Source: Selaginella moellendorffii (lineage: Eukaryota; Plantae; Lycopodiophyta). Taken from it: a stretch of 64,000 bases of DNA. Both the position numbers and the translations under genes were made by a program. The notes beneath the pieces were generated by a model. It made no database searches. It was not told the DNA's origin and worked only from the letters and a program-made list of their open reading frames with translations. Location of the stretch: the NCBI RefSeq assembly GCF_000143415.4, contig NW_003314328.1:523889-587888 (forward strand). Reading direction: 5' to 3'. Below, in pieces: positions 12,701 to 27,074 of this stretch (within the stretch, counting starts at the first letter, position 1; each line of letters begins with the position of its first letter).

Positions 12701-14240
12701 TAAGCATCAAAATGCTAATTAGAGGTAACTGCACCTTCCACTATGTATAGAAGAACTCCTCGTGTGAACAGGCCATGCTCCACAACAAACTTTGCCGAAA
12801 CAAAGTTGTCATTGCTCCCACTATCCAGTAAAATCCATATTGGACCACCACAGAATACACCCTCCAGCATCCATCTTATTCCCACATAATTGAGTTGATG
12901 AGCAATGTTCGAAAGCCTCTTCCTCCGACCAGAATGGTGGTCCCCATCATCCTCACACTACAAAGTTTGCAACTTTTTAGTATCTGACTTACTGTCAGTA
13001 GAAGATTGGCCATTCTTCTTGCCCTACTGCTTGTTCTTCAACTGTGGACAATCAGCCTTATAGTGTCCAAACTCACTGCAATAATGACAACTTTGTCTAT
13101 AATTCTTCACAAAGAACTTTTGCTTCTTTGACCCCTTTGCATCTGAAGTAGTCACCACTGACTTCAACTTGTGATGCTTGTTCCCATCCTTGTGTCCACG
13201 GCGATCATCACGATGATTCTCGACATAAGGACTTTGCGAACGCTTGCAAAATTTGTGTTTGTCATTGTCAAGTTGACAAACTGTATCAAAGAGCTCCTCC
13301 AAACTCTTTGTAGGCTAAGAATGATGCAAGTGTTACCACATACTTTCACTACGAAGGCCATCAATGAAGTAGGACTTGTTTTGATCTGGATCCTTTGTTG
13401 GAACATAGCTAATCAAGTGAATAAGCTTCTCAATATAGTACCTAAGTATCAGTTTCCTTTGTTGAAAATGTCAAAGTTCTATATAAGCATTTTCCACATC
13501 ATAGTGAGGGGCAAAATGTAAATGAAAAGCAGCCTTAAACTCATCCATGGTAGACATTGGTGGTTTCTTACCTACAACATGAGACTCCTCAAGCCAATTC
13601 CACCACTGAAGACCCACATCATGCAAAACCATTAGAATAGCCACTAAAGCCTCTACATCCAGAGTTCCCCTAGCAGCCAAGAACTTCTTCACATTGGCTA
13701 GTCAAGTGAGACAATCGTCCACATCACAATCATCAGAAAATGTTGGAATCTTGAGTTGATCTACCAAGGAAAGCTTACTTGGAGTGCTACCATGTCCAGC
13801 CTCATGCTCACGCATAGTATCCATTATACCATGCATCTTATCTTGCATCTCTTGTTGATTTCGATTAAAGACTCGTAGTTCATAAACAACATCTTGAATG
13901 GTCCAAACTTCCACAGTTCCATCGGCACCATCTTCAGCACCACCATCAACAATAGGATTCCATCATTCAGTTTGGTTGGCCATTGTAACCAACTCCTTTG
14001 ATACCAATGTTATAATTTGGCACAAAAAGACAGAGAACTAGTCTCCTTAGACTTTGCTATGCCACCTTTTGAGGTTCATCATCACCTAACCACTGCCAAG
14101 CTACCTCAAAAGCTCCACTATGCTGCCACTCCACTATAAACCCTAGGGTAGGTTAAGTCCTTTACCTTAACATGCCTTAATATGCCCTTGAGCCTCCCTT
14201 TGACCGATGTTGACCACGTGGTCAAAGCTGGCACCTAACA
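9789..14240 (-). mobile_element. Decayed Ty3/gypsy retrotransposon, family 1 (5' LTR 14008-14240, PBS, gag-pol; 3' LTR missing)
   Basis: LTR TGTT...AACA and PBS TGGTATCAAAG (tRNA-iMet type, 13996-14006). Gag knuckle CHYCSEFGHYKADC, protease LLDSGS, RT KIDLRSGYHQI/PFGLTNA, RNase H DASGYALG, integrase H..H..C..C, GPY..HPIFYVSQLK. Many stops and frameshifts. Confidence 0.93.
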
Positions 14241-14242
14241 AG

Positions 14243-15272
14243 GGAGGCCATAAAAGAATGTTATACATAAAGCAATGTAGAGGAATGTAAGTGTTTTGAA
14301 AAATTCTCTTATGCATTGTAGTCACACAGCCTTTTTTCTTACTAGGCCAGGGGTTTGTGTTGGCATTTACATATGCCAAGGTAGAGCACAACATTACACT
14401 AAAAAGACAAAGTAAGGAAGTTTTAATAGATTTACATTGCAATGACTATTCCCAAGTGGTTTGCAAACTATGTTTTGTTGCCTAGCTTTTATTCCAAGCC
14501 TTTAAATGCAATGCAATGCCTCTCGACCTTGCACAATTGCCACACTTGCTATTGAAATAGGCAAAATCCCTACTCCAAATGATAGGCAACTGGTGTGTTT
14601 GAGATGGATTTCAAGTCTTGTACCTTGGGATATGAGATGCTATCAATGGAGGAGGATGCCTGCTAAAAGGCCATTGATGACATCCTGGAAAACCTACCCA
14701 TCACACACCTTAGTAATTCAAGGTTGGTGAACATCATGGTCAACTACTTAGAAAAAGTGGACTCTTGCATATGGCCAATGGTGTGAAAAACACTATTCCA
14801 TGAACTGGGAGAAATAATGTGCACTTTATCATCATGGAGGCATGAAGAAGACCACACTATAGTGGGCAATTGATGGGGGCTCTCACAAATATAAAGATGG
14901 ACACCCTTTTACAGTTTTTTCAAGTACGGAATATCATCCTACCAAAGGGAATTCTTCAAGTGCTTATGGTTTGACAGTAGTGTGAGTAAGTAGTATCAAT
15001 TTTGGCTCAAGGAACTAATTGAAAATTGGCAAATAGTAGTTTTTATTTGCCTTACTGAGAGGTGTAGTAATGCAACCATTCTCTTATATCACATTGGAAG
15101 TATAAGCAAAAGAGTGAGATGACAATGGTGCACTATAAGAGGAGTTATATGAAACTAATAAAGCCATGAGCATTTTTGGATTGAAAGGGGGAGTTCTAAA
15201 AGCACTTTAAAACCCACCCTCCATTGTCCCACAGTAGATAAGACACTAAAAATTTATATATTAGAGAACTAA
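14243..15272 (+). repeat. Duplicated ~1.1-kb decayed coding-like segment D, copy 1 (direct repeat of 19726-20855)
   Basis: GGCCATAAAAGAATGTTATA...TTAGAGAACTAATA is shared with 19726-20855 at roughly 85-90% identity. Family not identified. Confidence 0.8.
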
Positions 15273-18200
15273 TATGAACTTTAATGAGAGAAATTCACTA
15301 CTTTTACAAAGCTATCTTCATGCTTCTTTTTCTCTACATATCTATAATATAGAGATTGCCCAGCTCACAATGCTCAAAAAAGTCTAGATCTAAGGGCTTG
15401 AGGTATTCTTCCTTCTTGTTCCAAATGCCAAGACAAGTCTTTTTACCCCCACTAATCAATTTGAGATTTAGAAGGTTCAAAGGAACCTTAAACATCCCTT
15501 TGTTTTGTTCTGAAAAAGCCTTACATAAAAATAACATAGCCAAACTATTAGAGTGTAAAAGAAATGAACTTTATATTAGAACTCAAATCTTGCCCACTTT
15601 TTGAACTTAGATTGTATCCATCCAGCCTACCATCATAAATAGAGCAGAGTTTATCTAAAGGATCCCATTTAGGATCACTTGGCATGAACACACTACCCAT
15701 AAAACTGGCATCAGCCCCCTTTCAATGAAATAAGCAAATGAAAGATGCACAATAGTGACACTTAGAATGGCTTGGATGAATGGGATCATGATCCATGCAT
15801 GGCCCCATTGGTGTATGGGATGGGTATATAAACATGATAAATAACATCATGTCTAGTGGTGGAATATTCGACCCTTACAGCTATGTTGGGAGTGAAAAGT
15901 TATCATTTTTAAAAAAAATCATAACTATAACATACATAGTTAATATAACATTATATAAGAATATCCTATTTACAATTAATAAAAATCATATAACATAAAA
16001 AAGTATAACCCTTAACATAATTTAACTAAAACTTAGAGTCTAGAATCTAATTGTTCAAGTGAAATCTTGGATCTTCTGCTGAGATGAAAATGCTCATTGT
16101 GGGATCCTGGCGATTAAAGTTTGGCAGCCACTAGAGGAATGGGTTTGATTGTAATTAGCATGTGAAATCTCCAAATGAGATCTTCTCTTGAAGGCTTCAT
16201 TTGTAGTGAAAAGAGGTAAAAGTATAGTGAGCAATCCACACTAGATCCCAAGGGATCCAAGTTCATATGCATCCAGCTCGTTCATGGTTTTTGGATTGCT
16301 GCTTGAAAAGCACATTGAGCTTGTAAACTGCTACTATCTTAACTTCCAAACCGTCACCTTGGATCCCTGTCACAGCCTTGTAATTCTTCAAGATTGCCTA
16401 TGTGTTTTTCTAGCAGCTCCTAGCATAGAATAAAAGCTCATCATCATAAGATCAGGGTAAGGGCTCTAGAGAACAAGATTAGGAGAAAATACTATAAATA
16501 ACACTTTTTCACACTTTTCTAAAATACAAGGTGTAAAAAATGATATAACTATTTATGATCTATAATATGGTTATTTAAATACTAATTTAAAATTCTGGAT
16601 ATTTAGTTTTGGCATATGGTCATATACTCACCTAATTTAGGAGGAATTCAACCTACCAAGTTATCAAAGACCTTTTATAACTCTTGCTAGTTTTAAAAAT
16701 TGATAAAACATTTGAATACTTGGTTGTTAAGGTATGTTTTATTTTGCTTTTGTTTCCACTTGTAAAAAAAACAAAAAATGAAATATGATTACTTATAGAT
16801 AATTTTGGTTTTCGAAGATATAATATTTTTAAAATAAAAATTATAAATTTAGCAATAAGTAAAATAACAATAATATTACTATTTTTTAGACATGCCAATA
16901 TTGAGTTAGAAATTAATATTGACTATTATTATTTAGTGTTGCTCTAATAGCAAGTGAAGCCTTCGAACATGCTGACGTGGCAGTACTTCTTGGATCATTT
17001 CTTCGGAGGTGGCCCGAGCGCGCGCAGACTCTCCTACTAGAAAAGGTGTGCTTCCTTTTGGGTCCCGGTTTGACAGCTTCAGCAAATTGGCTTTGAAAGA
17101 AAGCTCAATTGCAAGGAAACTTCTCTAGCAAAAGCAAAACTCAAATCCTGGAAGCGCTGCCGGGGCCGTGGAAAACTTCGATCCTTGGTGTACTTTCTGG
17201 GCCTGAATGCTTGCGGACAATTGTGGGCAGATCTTCACCGGAATAATTTGCGGCATTTTTGAAAGCACCAAAGTGGTGTTCATGCTGCACATAGGCACGA
17301 GCAAGCATGCAAATCCAAATGTTGCCAGTGACACCCAGCAGCTCTTGCATCCTGGCCCAGAGTTGCGGCCTGTCCTCGTCATACTCCACTCCACCAGCCG
17401 AGACGACTGCCTCTCTTATGGCATCCAAGTCCCTCTGCGTGCTTGGAGACTGGATCCACGCCGCAAACGCCTCACAGATTCCTCTGGTGGAGTTGCTAAT
17501 CGCAACAAAAACCCCTTTTCCACTGCGGGACACGCGCTGCCCCCCCCGTCTGGTATACAGCAGTGACTTGCCTGTGACGATCCAAGCAAAAAGGATCACG
17601 ATTGAGCAAAGAGAAAGGCACTGTATAGACTCACAGTCTCGTTTCCACCTCTCACGATCAACGCTGGCGCCCAAGCAGTCCTCGAGGATCAGCTGCAGCA
17701 GCAAACTCGTAAGCGATGGATGGAATCATTTACATGCTTACATAAACTATGTAGAGGATCATGTCGGAAATCCGAGGTCTCCATATGGCCTCGTTGCGGC
17801 TGCCATCGTCAAAACGGTGCCTTTGAAGCGTGCTGTCGGAGCTCGCAGCCCGGAAGAGTCCGTCCCAGGCTGCCTGCTTGATCGCCCCGAATTCTTCTAG
17901 AGAGCACGCGGTCAGGCATGGATCCCACTGCACGTTGGCGCAAATCTCCACGAAAAGGCTACCGTAGTCATTGCCAAAGACGGTGGCAGCCGCGTCACAA
18001 AGCTGGCGGCACTCGTCGCTGCTTCCCCGGCTCATCGTAGCCTGGATGTGCTCCACAATCGACTCCGATGATGTTGCTGCCGAGCACAGGGATTTGAGCT
18101 CGGCGTGGTCGCGGCATCCCTTCCTCGTGTGCATCCATGTATAGATCAGGCGCGCAATCGGCACGCTCACGTCTGCGTGCTCCTGGAAGAGCGGCTCCAC

Positions 18201-19398
18201 GCGGTGGAAGTTGTAGTAGCCTTGGATCCACTGCTCGAGCCGGGCACGAATCTGGTTGTCCCATTGGATTTCTCCCGCTGCCATCACCTCCTTCCACACA
18301 AAAGTTGAATGCTTTCAAGCAAAACGGTATCAATCATCATACCTCCAACATCTGGCGCAGAGCGACGGTGAGGTCCATGGACTTCCACTCTATCCTGGGC
18401 GCGTTTTCGATGCAGGAACGTATCCGTTTGAGCTTGTCCAAGGATGCCGGGGACAACTTTTCATCCTTCAGCACTGCTTGCTTGCTCAAGAACAGCAGCA
18501 AGAGATTTTCCAGGGGTCCAGCTCCGCCACGGCCACCACGGTCACCTGCTATAGCTTGTGCTTCGAATGCGTCGAGCCATTCCAGCGGCTGCTTGTTGCT
18601 CTGGAGCTGGAGCAACAGCCAGGTGAAGACGACGACACAAACCTTGCCGCTCGCATCGAACAGGAGAGCGGCATCAGCAACGCAAGTGGGCGAGAGAGTG
18701 CAAGGAAACAATATCGACACGATGGCTGTGGAAAAGGAACCAAGCTCTCAGTTTGAGAGGAATCCAAAGAAGAAGTACGCCTAGCTACCTGACACATATT
18801 CATCTGTGATGACCAATGGGAAAGACGTTGGCGTCCGATCAGTGGCCTCCTCGACCTGCAAAAAAGAAAAAAAACCATAACTTTGCTACAAACAAGCACT
18901 CACAAGGTGGAGTTCGGTCAGGGCGTACGTGCAGCGGCCTGTGCAGCACTCGGGGCGGGGATGAGGATTTCTAGATTGCTCTTGATGTGGGCTATGGCGC
19001 GTGAAGTAGTCGGCCGCGATGAAGAGGTGCAAGTAGCCATCCGGCACGGTAGCGCCAAGGACGCGTGCGACGGCCACAGTCCAGATCTTCCACTTGAGCT
19101 CCGAGACAGTGGAAGAGACCAGGACTTCGAAGAACCACGGGATGATCCAGCTCCAGTCCAAAGTGAGAGAACGTTGCCCTCACAACCATCAGCAGTCTGG
19201 AGCCTATGCCGCTGCGGAACCATTCCGCCACGACACATGGCATCCACCCCAGCAGCCCTATGCATAAAATAGGGTTTTTGCTTTGTAGATTTTAAGGTTC
19301 CAAGTCGTCTTCGTCGCATCAGCACCAGAAAGTACACGGCATAGACCTCACCGTATGAAAAACAAGAGCTTGTCTGCCATTTCTCTTACGATCCCCAT
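15261..19398 (-). repeat. Segment E, inverted duplicate of 30133-34370
   Basis: Reverse-complement match throughout. The ORF track gives near-identical translations (e.g. 17730-18299 vs 31264-31833). Confidence 0.95.
17141..19398 (-). pseudogene. Unknown multi-exon (about 7 exons) gene, copy 1, with a frameshift in the 5' region
   Basis: ATG at 19398 (MGIVREMADKLL). Same short GT-AG introns as the copy at 30150-32458. An 8-bp deletion near 19138 shifts the frame, and there is a 24-bp in-frame deletion near 17423. Confidence 0.65.
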
Positions 19399-19725
19399 GG
19401 CGCAGCTCTTTGCCCATATCTAACCGTGCTTGGATCTCTGAGTTCCAAGCATTCCAGCATCCACAAAGCTACACACACGAAAAGAGAAGAGTTGGCGGTC
19501 ACTCGAGTGAGAGAAAAACCCTAGGCATTGGCTTTCCATGACTCAAGCAGTGTAACGCCTCAAACACTTTATACTACTAGTTCTCGAGGTTTATAATAGA
19601 GAATGTAATGCTTCCATCATATAGGAGGACATGAAGGAAATTAAAATTAGCAAATCTATTAGTTTTATAAATAAAATTTCTAAGTTTCACACCTTGATTT
19701 GGTCAATAACAACCATCAATGTATG

Positions 19726-20855
19726 GGGGCCATAAAAGAATGTTATATATAAAGCAATGCAACAAATTAGAGTTTAGATATCTCCTGAGAACAAGTTTAG
19801 TTGTTTTCAGTTGCTAGAATTGTGAAATCCAAGAGAAATGTAAATGTTTTGAAAAATTCTCCTATACACATTTGATGATAGACTTTTATAATCACATTGC
19901 CTTTTTCCTACTAGGATGTGTTTTGTGTTGGCATCCACATATGCCAAGGCAGAGCACAACATTACACTAAAAAAGACAGTAAGGAAGTCTTAATAGATTT
20001 GCATTATAATGACTATATAAGCTATATTTGTTGGCTGGCTTTTATTCCTTTGAATGCAATGCAATGGCCTCCCAACCCTGCACAATTGCCACACTTGCTA
20101 TTGAAACAAGCAAAATCCCTACTCCAAATGATTAATAGTGATGTGTTTGAGATGGATTTCAAGTCTTGTACCTTTGGGATATGAGAAGATATCAACCTAT
20201 TATGTGGGGCAATCTGCAAGTTGGAGGAGGATGCCCGCCAAAAGACCATTGATGACATCCTAGAAAACCTAGCCATCACACACCTCAATAGTTCAAGGTT
20301 GGTGAACATTATGGTCAACTACTTGGAAAAAGTGGACTCTTGCATATGGGCAGTGATGTGAAAAACATTATTCTGTGAACTAGGACAAATTGGAGAAATA
20401 ATATGCACTTCATCATCATAGAGGCATGAAGAAGACCACACTATAGTGGGCAATTGATGGGGGCTCTCGCAAATATAGGGATGGACACCCTTATATAGTT
20501 GTTTCAAGTACAGAATATCATCCTACCAAAGGGAATTCTTCAAGTGCTTATGGTTTGACAGTAGTGTGAGCAAGTAGTATCAATTTTGGCTCAAGGAAAT
20601 AATTGAAAGCTGGCAAATAGTAGTCTTTATTTGCTTCACTGAGAAGTGTGGTAATGCAACCATTCTCTTATATCACATTGGAAGTATAAGCAAAGGAGTG
20701 AGATGACAATGATGCACTACAAGAGGAGTTATATGAAGCTAATAAAACCATGGGCATTTTTGGATTGAAAGAGGTGTTATAAAAGCACTTTAAAACCCAC
20801 TTTTCATTGCCCCACACTAGATGGGACACTAGAAATTTATAGATTAGAGAACTAA
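19726..20855 (+). repeat. Duplicated segment D, copy 2
   Basis: Direct repeat of 14243-15272. Confidence 0.8.
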
Positions 20856-21142
20856 TAATTCGATTAAGGATTCGGCTTCAATAAGGAGGAATTTGGTGGA
20901 AGCTGATTCAAGTCTGTATACAGCACCTCAACCGAATAAGACGACTGCTGTGGAGAAATCTTTCCGGACGAAGGCCTTCTGCGTCGACGGATTTCCGGTC
21001 TCCTTTCTATACCACTCCTTAGAAAACCGAGGAAGAAATACGCTTCACACCATGAGACGCGCGATTGAGAGAAATGCGAGTTCATTAGCCGCAAATAGCT
21101 CCCCTTAAGATAACTTCAAGCCCTAAATTTGAATTTAGGACT

Positions 21143-22686
21143 CTAGCGATGGGAGGCACAGACAATGCGGGGCGACGCGACCCCGGCGATGCCCGCGCCC
21201 GCGAGCTCCGCCATCTCGATCGGCTTCCCAAGCGGCGATCGCCAGCTCCAGCGATGCAAGAGGTAGGCGAGGGTGAGCGTGACATGGGGCATGGCCAGCG
21301 GGATCCCGACGCAGCGGCGCCGCCCGGACGAGAAGGGCAGGAGATCGAAGTCGTTTCCCAGCACGCTGTGGTCGCTGCCCAGGAATCGCTCGGGGAGAAA
21401 GAGCTCGGGGTCGCTCCAGATGCTTGGGTCGTGATGGATTGCCCAGATGTTCACGAGGACTGTGGTATGGGCGGGGATCGTGTAGCCGGCGAGAGTTACC
21501 GCGCGATCGTTGTAGTGGGGGACGCCCAGCGGCGCGATTGGACGCTTCCGGAAGACTTCCTTGACGATGGCTTGGATGTAAGGCAGGTCGTTTAGATGCG
21601 ACTCCTCCAAGGGACGGTCTCTTCCCACGACTCTGTCCAGCTCCTCGTGAGCTTTCTCCTGGACTCTGGGGTTTACTATCAGCTCGGAGATGGCCCATTC
21701 GATCGTCCCCTTGGACGTTCCAGTGCCGGCCAGCAGCAGATCCTGCAAGCATACGTGAGAAAGAATGAAGAACAAGGTAAGTTTTTTCTTTCTACCTGGA
21801 GCAGTGCGATGATCTGGTCGTTGCTCAGCTTGTCTTCTCCTCCCAGAGTCAGCATCACGTCGACGAAGTCCCGGGGATTTTCTGGATCGAAGTCTTTCGC
21901 GTGCTCCTCGATGACTGCTTCCAGAAAGCGAGATCTTGCTGGTAGGACTTCATTCTTGAGTCGGTTTTGCGTCCCTCTGAGCGTGTCCAGCCATCGCATC
22001 GCAGGGATGTAATCACCGGCAAACAGCCTCCTGGATTCTTTCGCTTGGATCGCCCACGACGCCTTGTAGGCTTCGGCCTCGGGAGTGAGCAGCGTGTCGG
22101 TGCCGTAGAATTTCCTCCCGAACAACACGCACGTCATGAGGTTGGTGAAGTACTCGTGCAGCATGGAGCTGAGATCAAACTCGTGCCCGTCTTTTGCAGA
22201 CGCCTCAACGATCGCTCCAAACGCTCCCAGCTCCCTCTTGCGAGTGCTGGCAAAGTGGCTCACCTTGGAAGCCGTGAAGAGCTCTGTGCCGCACACTCGC
22301 CGCAGCATCTTCCATCGCTCGCCGTGCGGTGCAAAGATAAGGTCCTGGAAGTTGTGGCTAACGAGCCGACTGATGGTGGAGAACAGGGGCCTGCTCGCAA
22401 ACTCGACGTCGTGCTCCTTGAGGACTTGCCTCGCCATCTCCGGGCTGCTGATGATGATGTGAGGCCGGACTCCCAACCGGAAAGACATAACAGGGCCATA
22501 CTTTCGAGCCATCTTGGCCAGGGAGCGATGCCGATAGTCGAGCGAGAAGAGAGAGCCAACGAGGGGCCATGAGAAAGGACCTGGTGGGAAGTTCTTCTTG
22601 CTCCTCGCGCTGGTGGAGTGGAAAATCTGGAAGAGGAGCAGCAGGGCGGCCAGTGACGAGCAAATCCAAGTCAGCAACGCATCCAT
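21143..22686 (-). CDS. Cytochrome P450, CYP71 clan, copy 2. Exon 1 22686-21796, intron 21795-21743 (53 bp), exon 2 21742-21143; 496 aa
   Basis: Same motifs as copy 1, about 97% nucleotide identity, two small in-frame deletions at the N-terminus, open frame after splicing. Confidence 0.95.
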
Positions 22687-23219
22687 GATGTTGCCCGGGT
22701 AGAAAAAAGAGATTGGTGGAGCTTTAAGTACGTCGAAGTGATGGATCGAAAGCTCCAGAGGGAGTGTTCGTCGAAGCATCCATGCTCGAATGAGATCTGG
22801 TGGAGACGAAACTCCCAAGTTGTGCAAACAGTGCAACGAAAGGCACGACGAAACTTCGGTTTTCGTGGACGAGACGAATTGTTTTTCTATGATTAATATA
22901 GATATTCTGAGAATAATGTATTTTACCTAAGGTCTGGGTTTATGTGCTTTATGTGTTAGAGATGCTCCCGAACGTTTTGTCTCCCGAGGAGATAGATGTG
23001 ATCAAGGAACATCTATCCACACCAGGATTTCATGGATGACGTAGAGCACATTAAAGGCACTAGAGAGCTAGAGACTGTTTAAAGTAGTAGACACATTGAC
23101 ATGGCGCTTGAGACAAAGTTGAGTCTCTCCTTTTTCTTCTTCTTACTTTGGGATTTTAGTAATCTCGGCTGGATGAAGGTGCAACCTCTGCACAATCGCC
23201 ATGAACCAGATAGCAGCCC

Positions 23220-23790
23220 CCACGGAAGAGGAAGTCCACGTACGTGTGGGCGAGCTCCAGCTCCCATATCTTGCCTGAATCAGACAGCACGACATAGTTT
23301 TCATCCTCGGCTGAGTGAGAAGGTTTCGGCTTAAGCAAGGCGGCCAAGCATGCAGCCGAAGCAGTTGGTCCTCCAATTGAGCTCTTCAAGAATTCAGGAC
23401 GCTCTGGCTGCCAGTGGATCCAAGGTCAGGATCCCCAAGATCCTGTGGTCAGGCTGGGCTTTACAGCTGTTTAACTGGGAGCCAAGCTGCTGGGGACGGT
23501 GCAGGAGCTGCACAAGCAAGGGATAATCCACGGACATCAGCCCCAGGAACGTTGCTTACCGCGAGCAAGGCATTGGTTTGAAGAGGTTCTCTGGATTGCC
23601 ACATTTGCGTCGGAGGACAACGGTAGCGGGGGAACCAGCCCTGTCAAGGATCTGGAATTCGGCTCCATGAACTTGGTGTTCTGCAATGCAATTCATGCTT
23701 CAGCGGAAAGGTGGCTGGGATGGACTTGCCATGGTCAGCTGCTGTGCAGGAGGAGGACAAGGACTCGGTGGTCTTACTGTATGGCATGCA
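23220..23790 (+). pseudogene. Frameshifted protein kinase remnant, copy 2
   Basis: VQELHKQGIIH[frameshift]DISPRNVAY...IATFASED..GGTSPVKDLE. Confidence 0.55.
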
Positions 23791-24339
23791 ATTTGCGAAA
23801 TCTGACTGTGATGCCACCAGTTGCCAGCACTCAATTTCCGATTGGATGTCAAATATATGAGCTTTTTATATACATAGATGACTCCCGTAATAGAAACCAT
23901 GTCATGCATGGTGCCACATGCATTCATGGCATCCACCATATCATCATATGTTCCACACCTGAAGATAGGGTTGGGTCTGGCATCTTTGGATGTGAGGGGT
24001 TTTCGTAGTTACACTACATAGTGAGTTAATTTATGTCCTATCTCTGGTCATGTGTCCTGTTTGTAGTTTGGCTGAGTCCAAAAACTAGAGTATAGAGGCA
24101 GGGTGTTGACAAGCAAAGGAGATTCTGAGTAAACTCAAATAACTACATTATATATCTCTAACCATGTGAAACACTAGGTGAGGAGGCAAACAGCATTTTG
24201 TCCTCCTTCAGCTTTGCTTGTTCTAGTGTGGAAGTGGTGGAGGACAATGTTTTGCCTGTAAGCAGAAACTTCATACTTATATCTGTAATTTCTTAATTTC
24301 TTAGGCATTCAAGACTTTCTTGTGAACAAAAGGATTCAC

Positions 24340-25200
24340 TAGTCCAGATACATTTGCCATCTAGTTACATCTCAAGATTCTTAAACAAAAACTACAAGGT
24401 ACCTAGTAAACTACTTCCAAATTACAAGGCCAACTTTGTGCAAATTTATGTGCATTGTCATTCCGAATTGAAGGGGTGTATACAACAGAGTACCAACAAA
24501 GGAGATATTGAGTCAGGTTTGGAGTAATGTAGCTATAAATCATGCTGGCACAAACTGGGGTATCATCAACTCCTGGTTTAGTTATTGAATAGTAGGATAT
24601 AGATTTAACTGACAGCAAGTTTATGAAATATTGGCAATGCATGATCTAACAAGATTACAATAGAGGCATCTGTCTAGAATTCGAAGATGAATTTACACTT
24701 ATGTGCTATGCCTTATGGACTGCGTATATTTCATTGTATTTGTGAAGACTTAAACATTCATTGTGGCAACATATTGCAAGCTTGTATCATATGGATTCTA
24801 CATTTATGCTTTGATATGTGGGGGAACTTATATAGTCACTTGCAAGCTATCAACCATAAAACAAACACATATGATTTTTAACACATATGCACTGTTGTAC
24901 ACAGATTTAGTTAGCCTAAATGCATTAGGAGTGACAATGCTCTTGAACATAATGTGGTAGAGAATGATATGGAATGTTTTTGGGGTCCTCAAAGCAAAAG
25001 TTTTATTCGTGGGACATCAACAACTCAGTCTACCTTTAATATTTTATTGTGCATATTCATCACCACTTACCTTGCAGCACATCAAGCACTTCTAGTCTCA
25101 TTAGGTCGTTATGTGGAAGTTACAAGAGGTGCATCCATATCAATGTGGTGGGTTCTTAGGCCATCTCACATACCAGAAAATTTATTCTAGCCCCTAGAGT
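24340..25200 (+). mobile_element. Decayed IS3EU-like transposase, copy 2
   Basis: HSLWQ..YCKLVSYGFYIYALICGGT; IRSDNALEHNVVENDMECFWGPQSKSFIRGTST; acceptor TTGCAG followed by HIKHF. Confidence 0.68.
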
Positions 25201-27074
25201 GTGAGCTTGGGTAAGCCTTTCCTTTGATGATAATATGCATAAACTTTCACACCACTTGTAAAATCATTTGACCATTATCTTCAAGGGACATAGTGCCAGG
25301 TTTGATGCTTATAAGTGCTGAAGGTGCAACACTCTCTTAGGTATTACTTCCCTTTTTTCTATCATATAAAGTATGCTTGATGTCTCAGGAACTTGTTATT
25401 ATGAGGAATCAGGCTTTTCTATTAACATAGGTCTTCCTTTTGCAACACCAGTCAAAGTAGTGGGCAAAAACAATTTTTTTGGTTTTGGTTTCTCTTGTTT
25501 TAGAGTGTTTGCTTTGATGTGGGAAAACCATAAATAAGGGTGGTTTGCTATGCCCTAACAACATCAAATCATGTGATTAATTATTAAACCAAAAGCATTT
25601 CATCTTTCTCTAGGGTTTGAACTATGTGTGTTTTTTTAAGGAACTAGAGCTTCAATATTACACTTCAGTCACACACTCCATGGTAAACCTTTTTCATTTC
25701 CTTTCATCTTTATGGCAAGCCTCACCTCCATTTTTATTTTCCCATAGGCAAGAAGTAAAGACTCAACATAATACATGAAGGTGGAGGTATTTGACCCTAG
25801 AGTAGTGCTAGAAACCATGCTCTAGCTGATACTAGCAAACCTCACAATCTTCCTTCTACCTCCAATTTGCAAACCACACATGTGGGCCTAGTTTCAATAA
25901 TTCTGTCTGTGCATAAGTATGTAGGGGTGCAACTTGTCAATACACCAACTCGAGTAGTTAATAACCCTCCACCAAATATTTCCTTCTAATCAAGCAATGA
26001 GTAGCTTTCCACTAGGATTTGGACATCTATTCTAAGGCTTGGGTGCTCTACCGGCCCAAAGACAATCAATTAGTAGTGCCACTGATAGCACCCCAATGCA
26101 ATTGCTTTAGATGCAATGAACACCACCACTTGTAGGTATGGGTAGCACCCAATGCAATCACTACAGTTGGAACAAACACCAACACTAACAAACAATATAC
26201 TGCATAGAGGCATAGGGTCATCAACTCTGTTATATAGCAATAGCTCCTCTATAATCTAGAGCTTGAGTTTGCCACTTAATCCACATTGAGGGGAGTCTAG
26301 AGTCATCACACCACCCTTACTACATTCTAGATGCCTGGTTTTGCCTCCTTCCAATTTGGCTTAAGGAGAGGACCAATTTTCTATATCTCCATAGATTCAA
26401 TCCATATTCTTCTTTAAAGAGAGCAACTACTAGAGCCTCTCCTCTCAGTGTGGAAGGCCTAAATGCTAGTCCAAGATGTTGGGAGCTATTAGTGGTGAGG
26501 GCCCCTTGAGTGCAACTTTGTCCTATGAGAATGAATTTTATTAAGAAACACATTGTTATTCCTATAGCCTAAACTTTGCATCTCTATGGGAAATAAAGGG
26601 AGCCAATAATGAAGATCCTAGAACTTAAAGATGTCCCCTTATGACTTCCAGAATGCATGCCATAGAGGGAATTTATATCAGAGTTTACTTTTAGTTAGAC
26701 ACCATCCAATATGCTATCTAAGAGCATCATAAAAGGCATATTTCAACATTCCAACTATGCAAGTATCTAGTATTGGAGCATTTATTTAGTGATTAAGACA
26801 ATCCAATAGGTTGACCCCCCACCTAGACACAACAAAATATAGGCTTGCCTTATATACAACTTGATCATCAATTTGCAATAAATCAAACCACTATCAATTC
26901 ACTATGATTTTCCTTTACAACATTATGCTTCATATAACCCAACAGCATTAAATTGCTTACCAACAGTAAATGTGTTCTCTAATGTAGAAGGAAAAGTGGC
27001 TAAAAGATGGGTGTTATAATTACAATTGTTTGTGGTTATTTTCACCCACTACAATATATGTTTTTTGAAAGGGT

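Noticed and set aside
19545-19582. Helitron 3' end (AGTGT...ACACT hairpin then CTAG|T)
   Set aside because: The stem is only 5 bp and AT-rich, and no matching 5' end or second copy was found.
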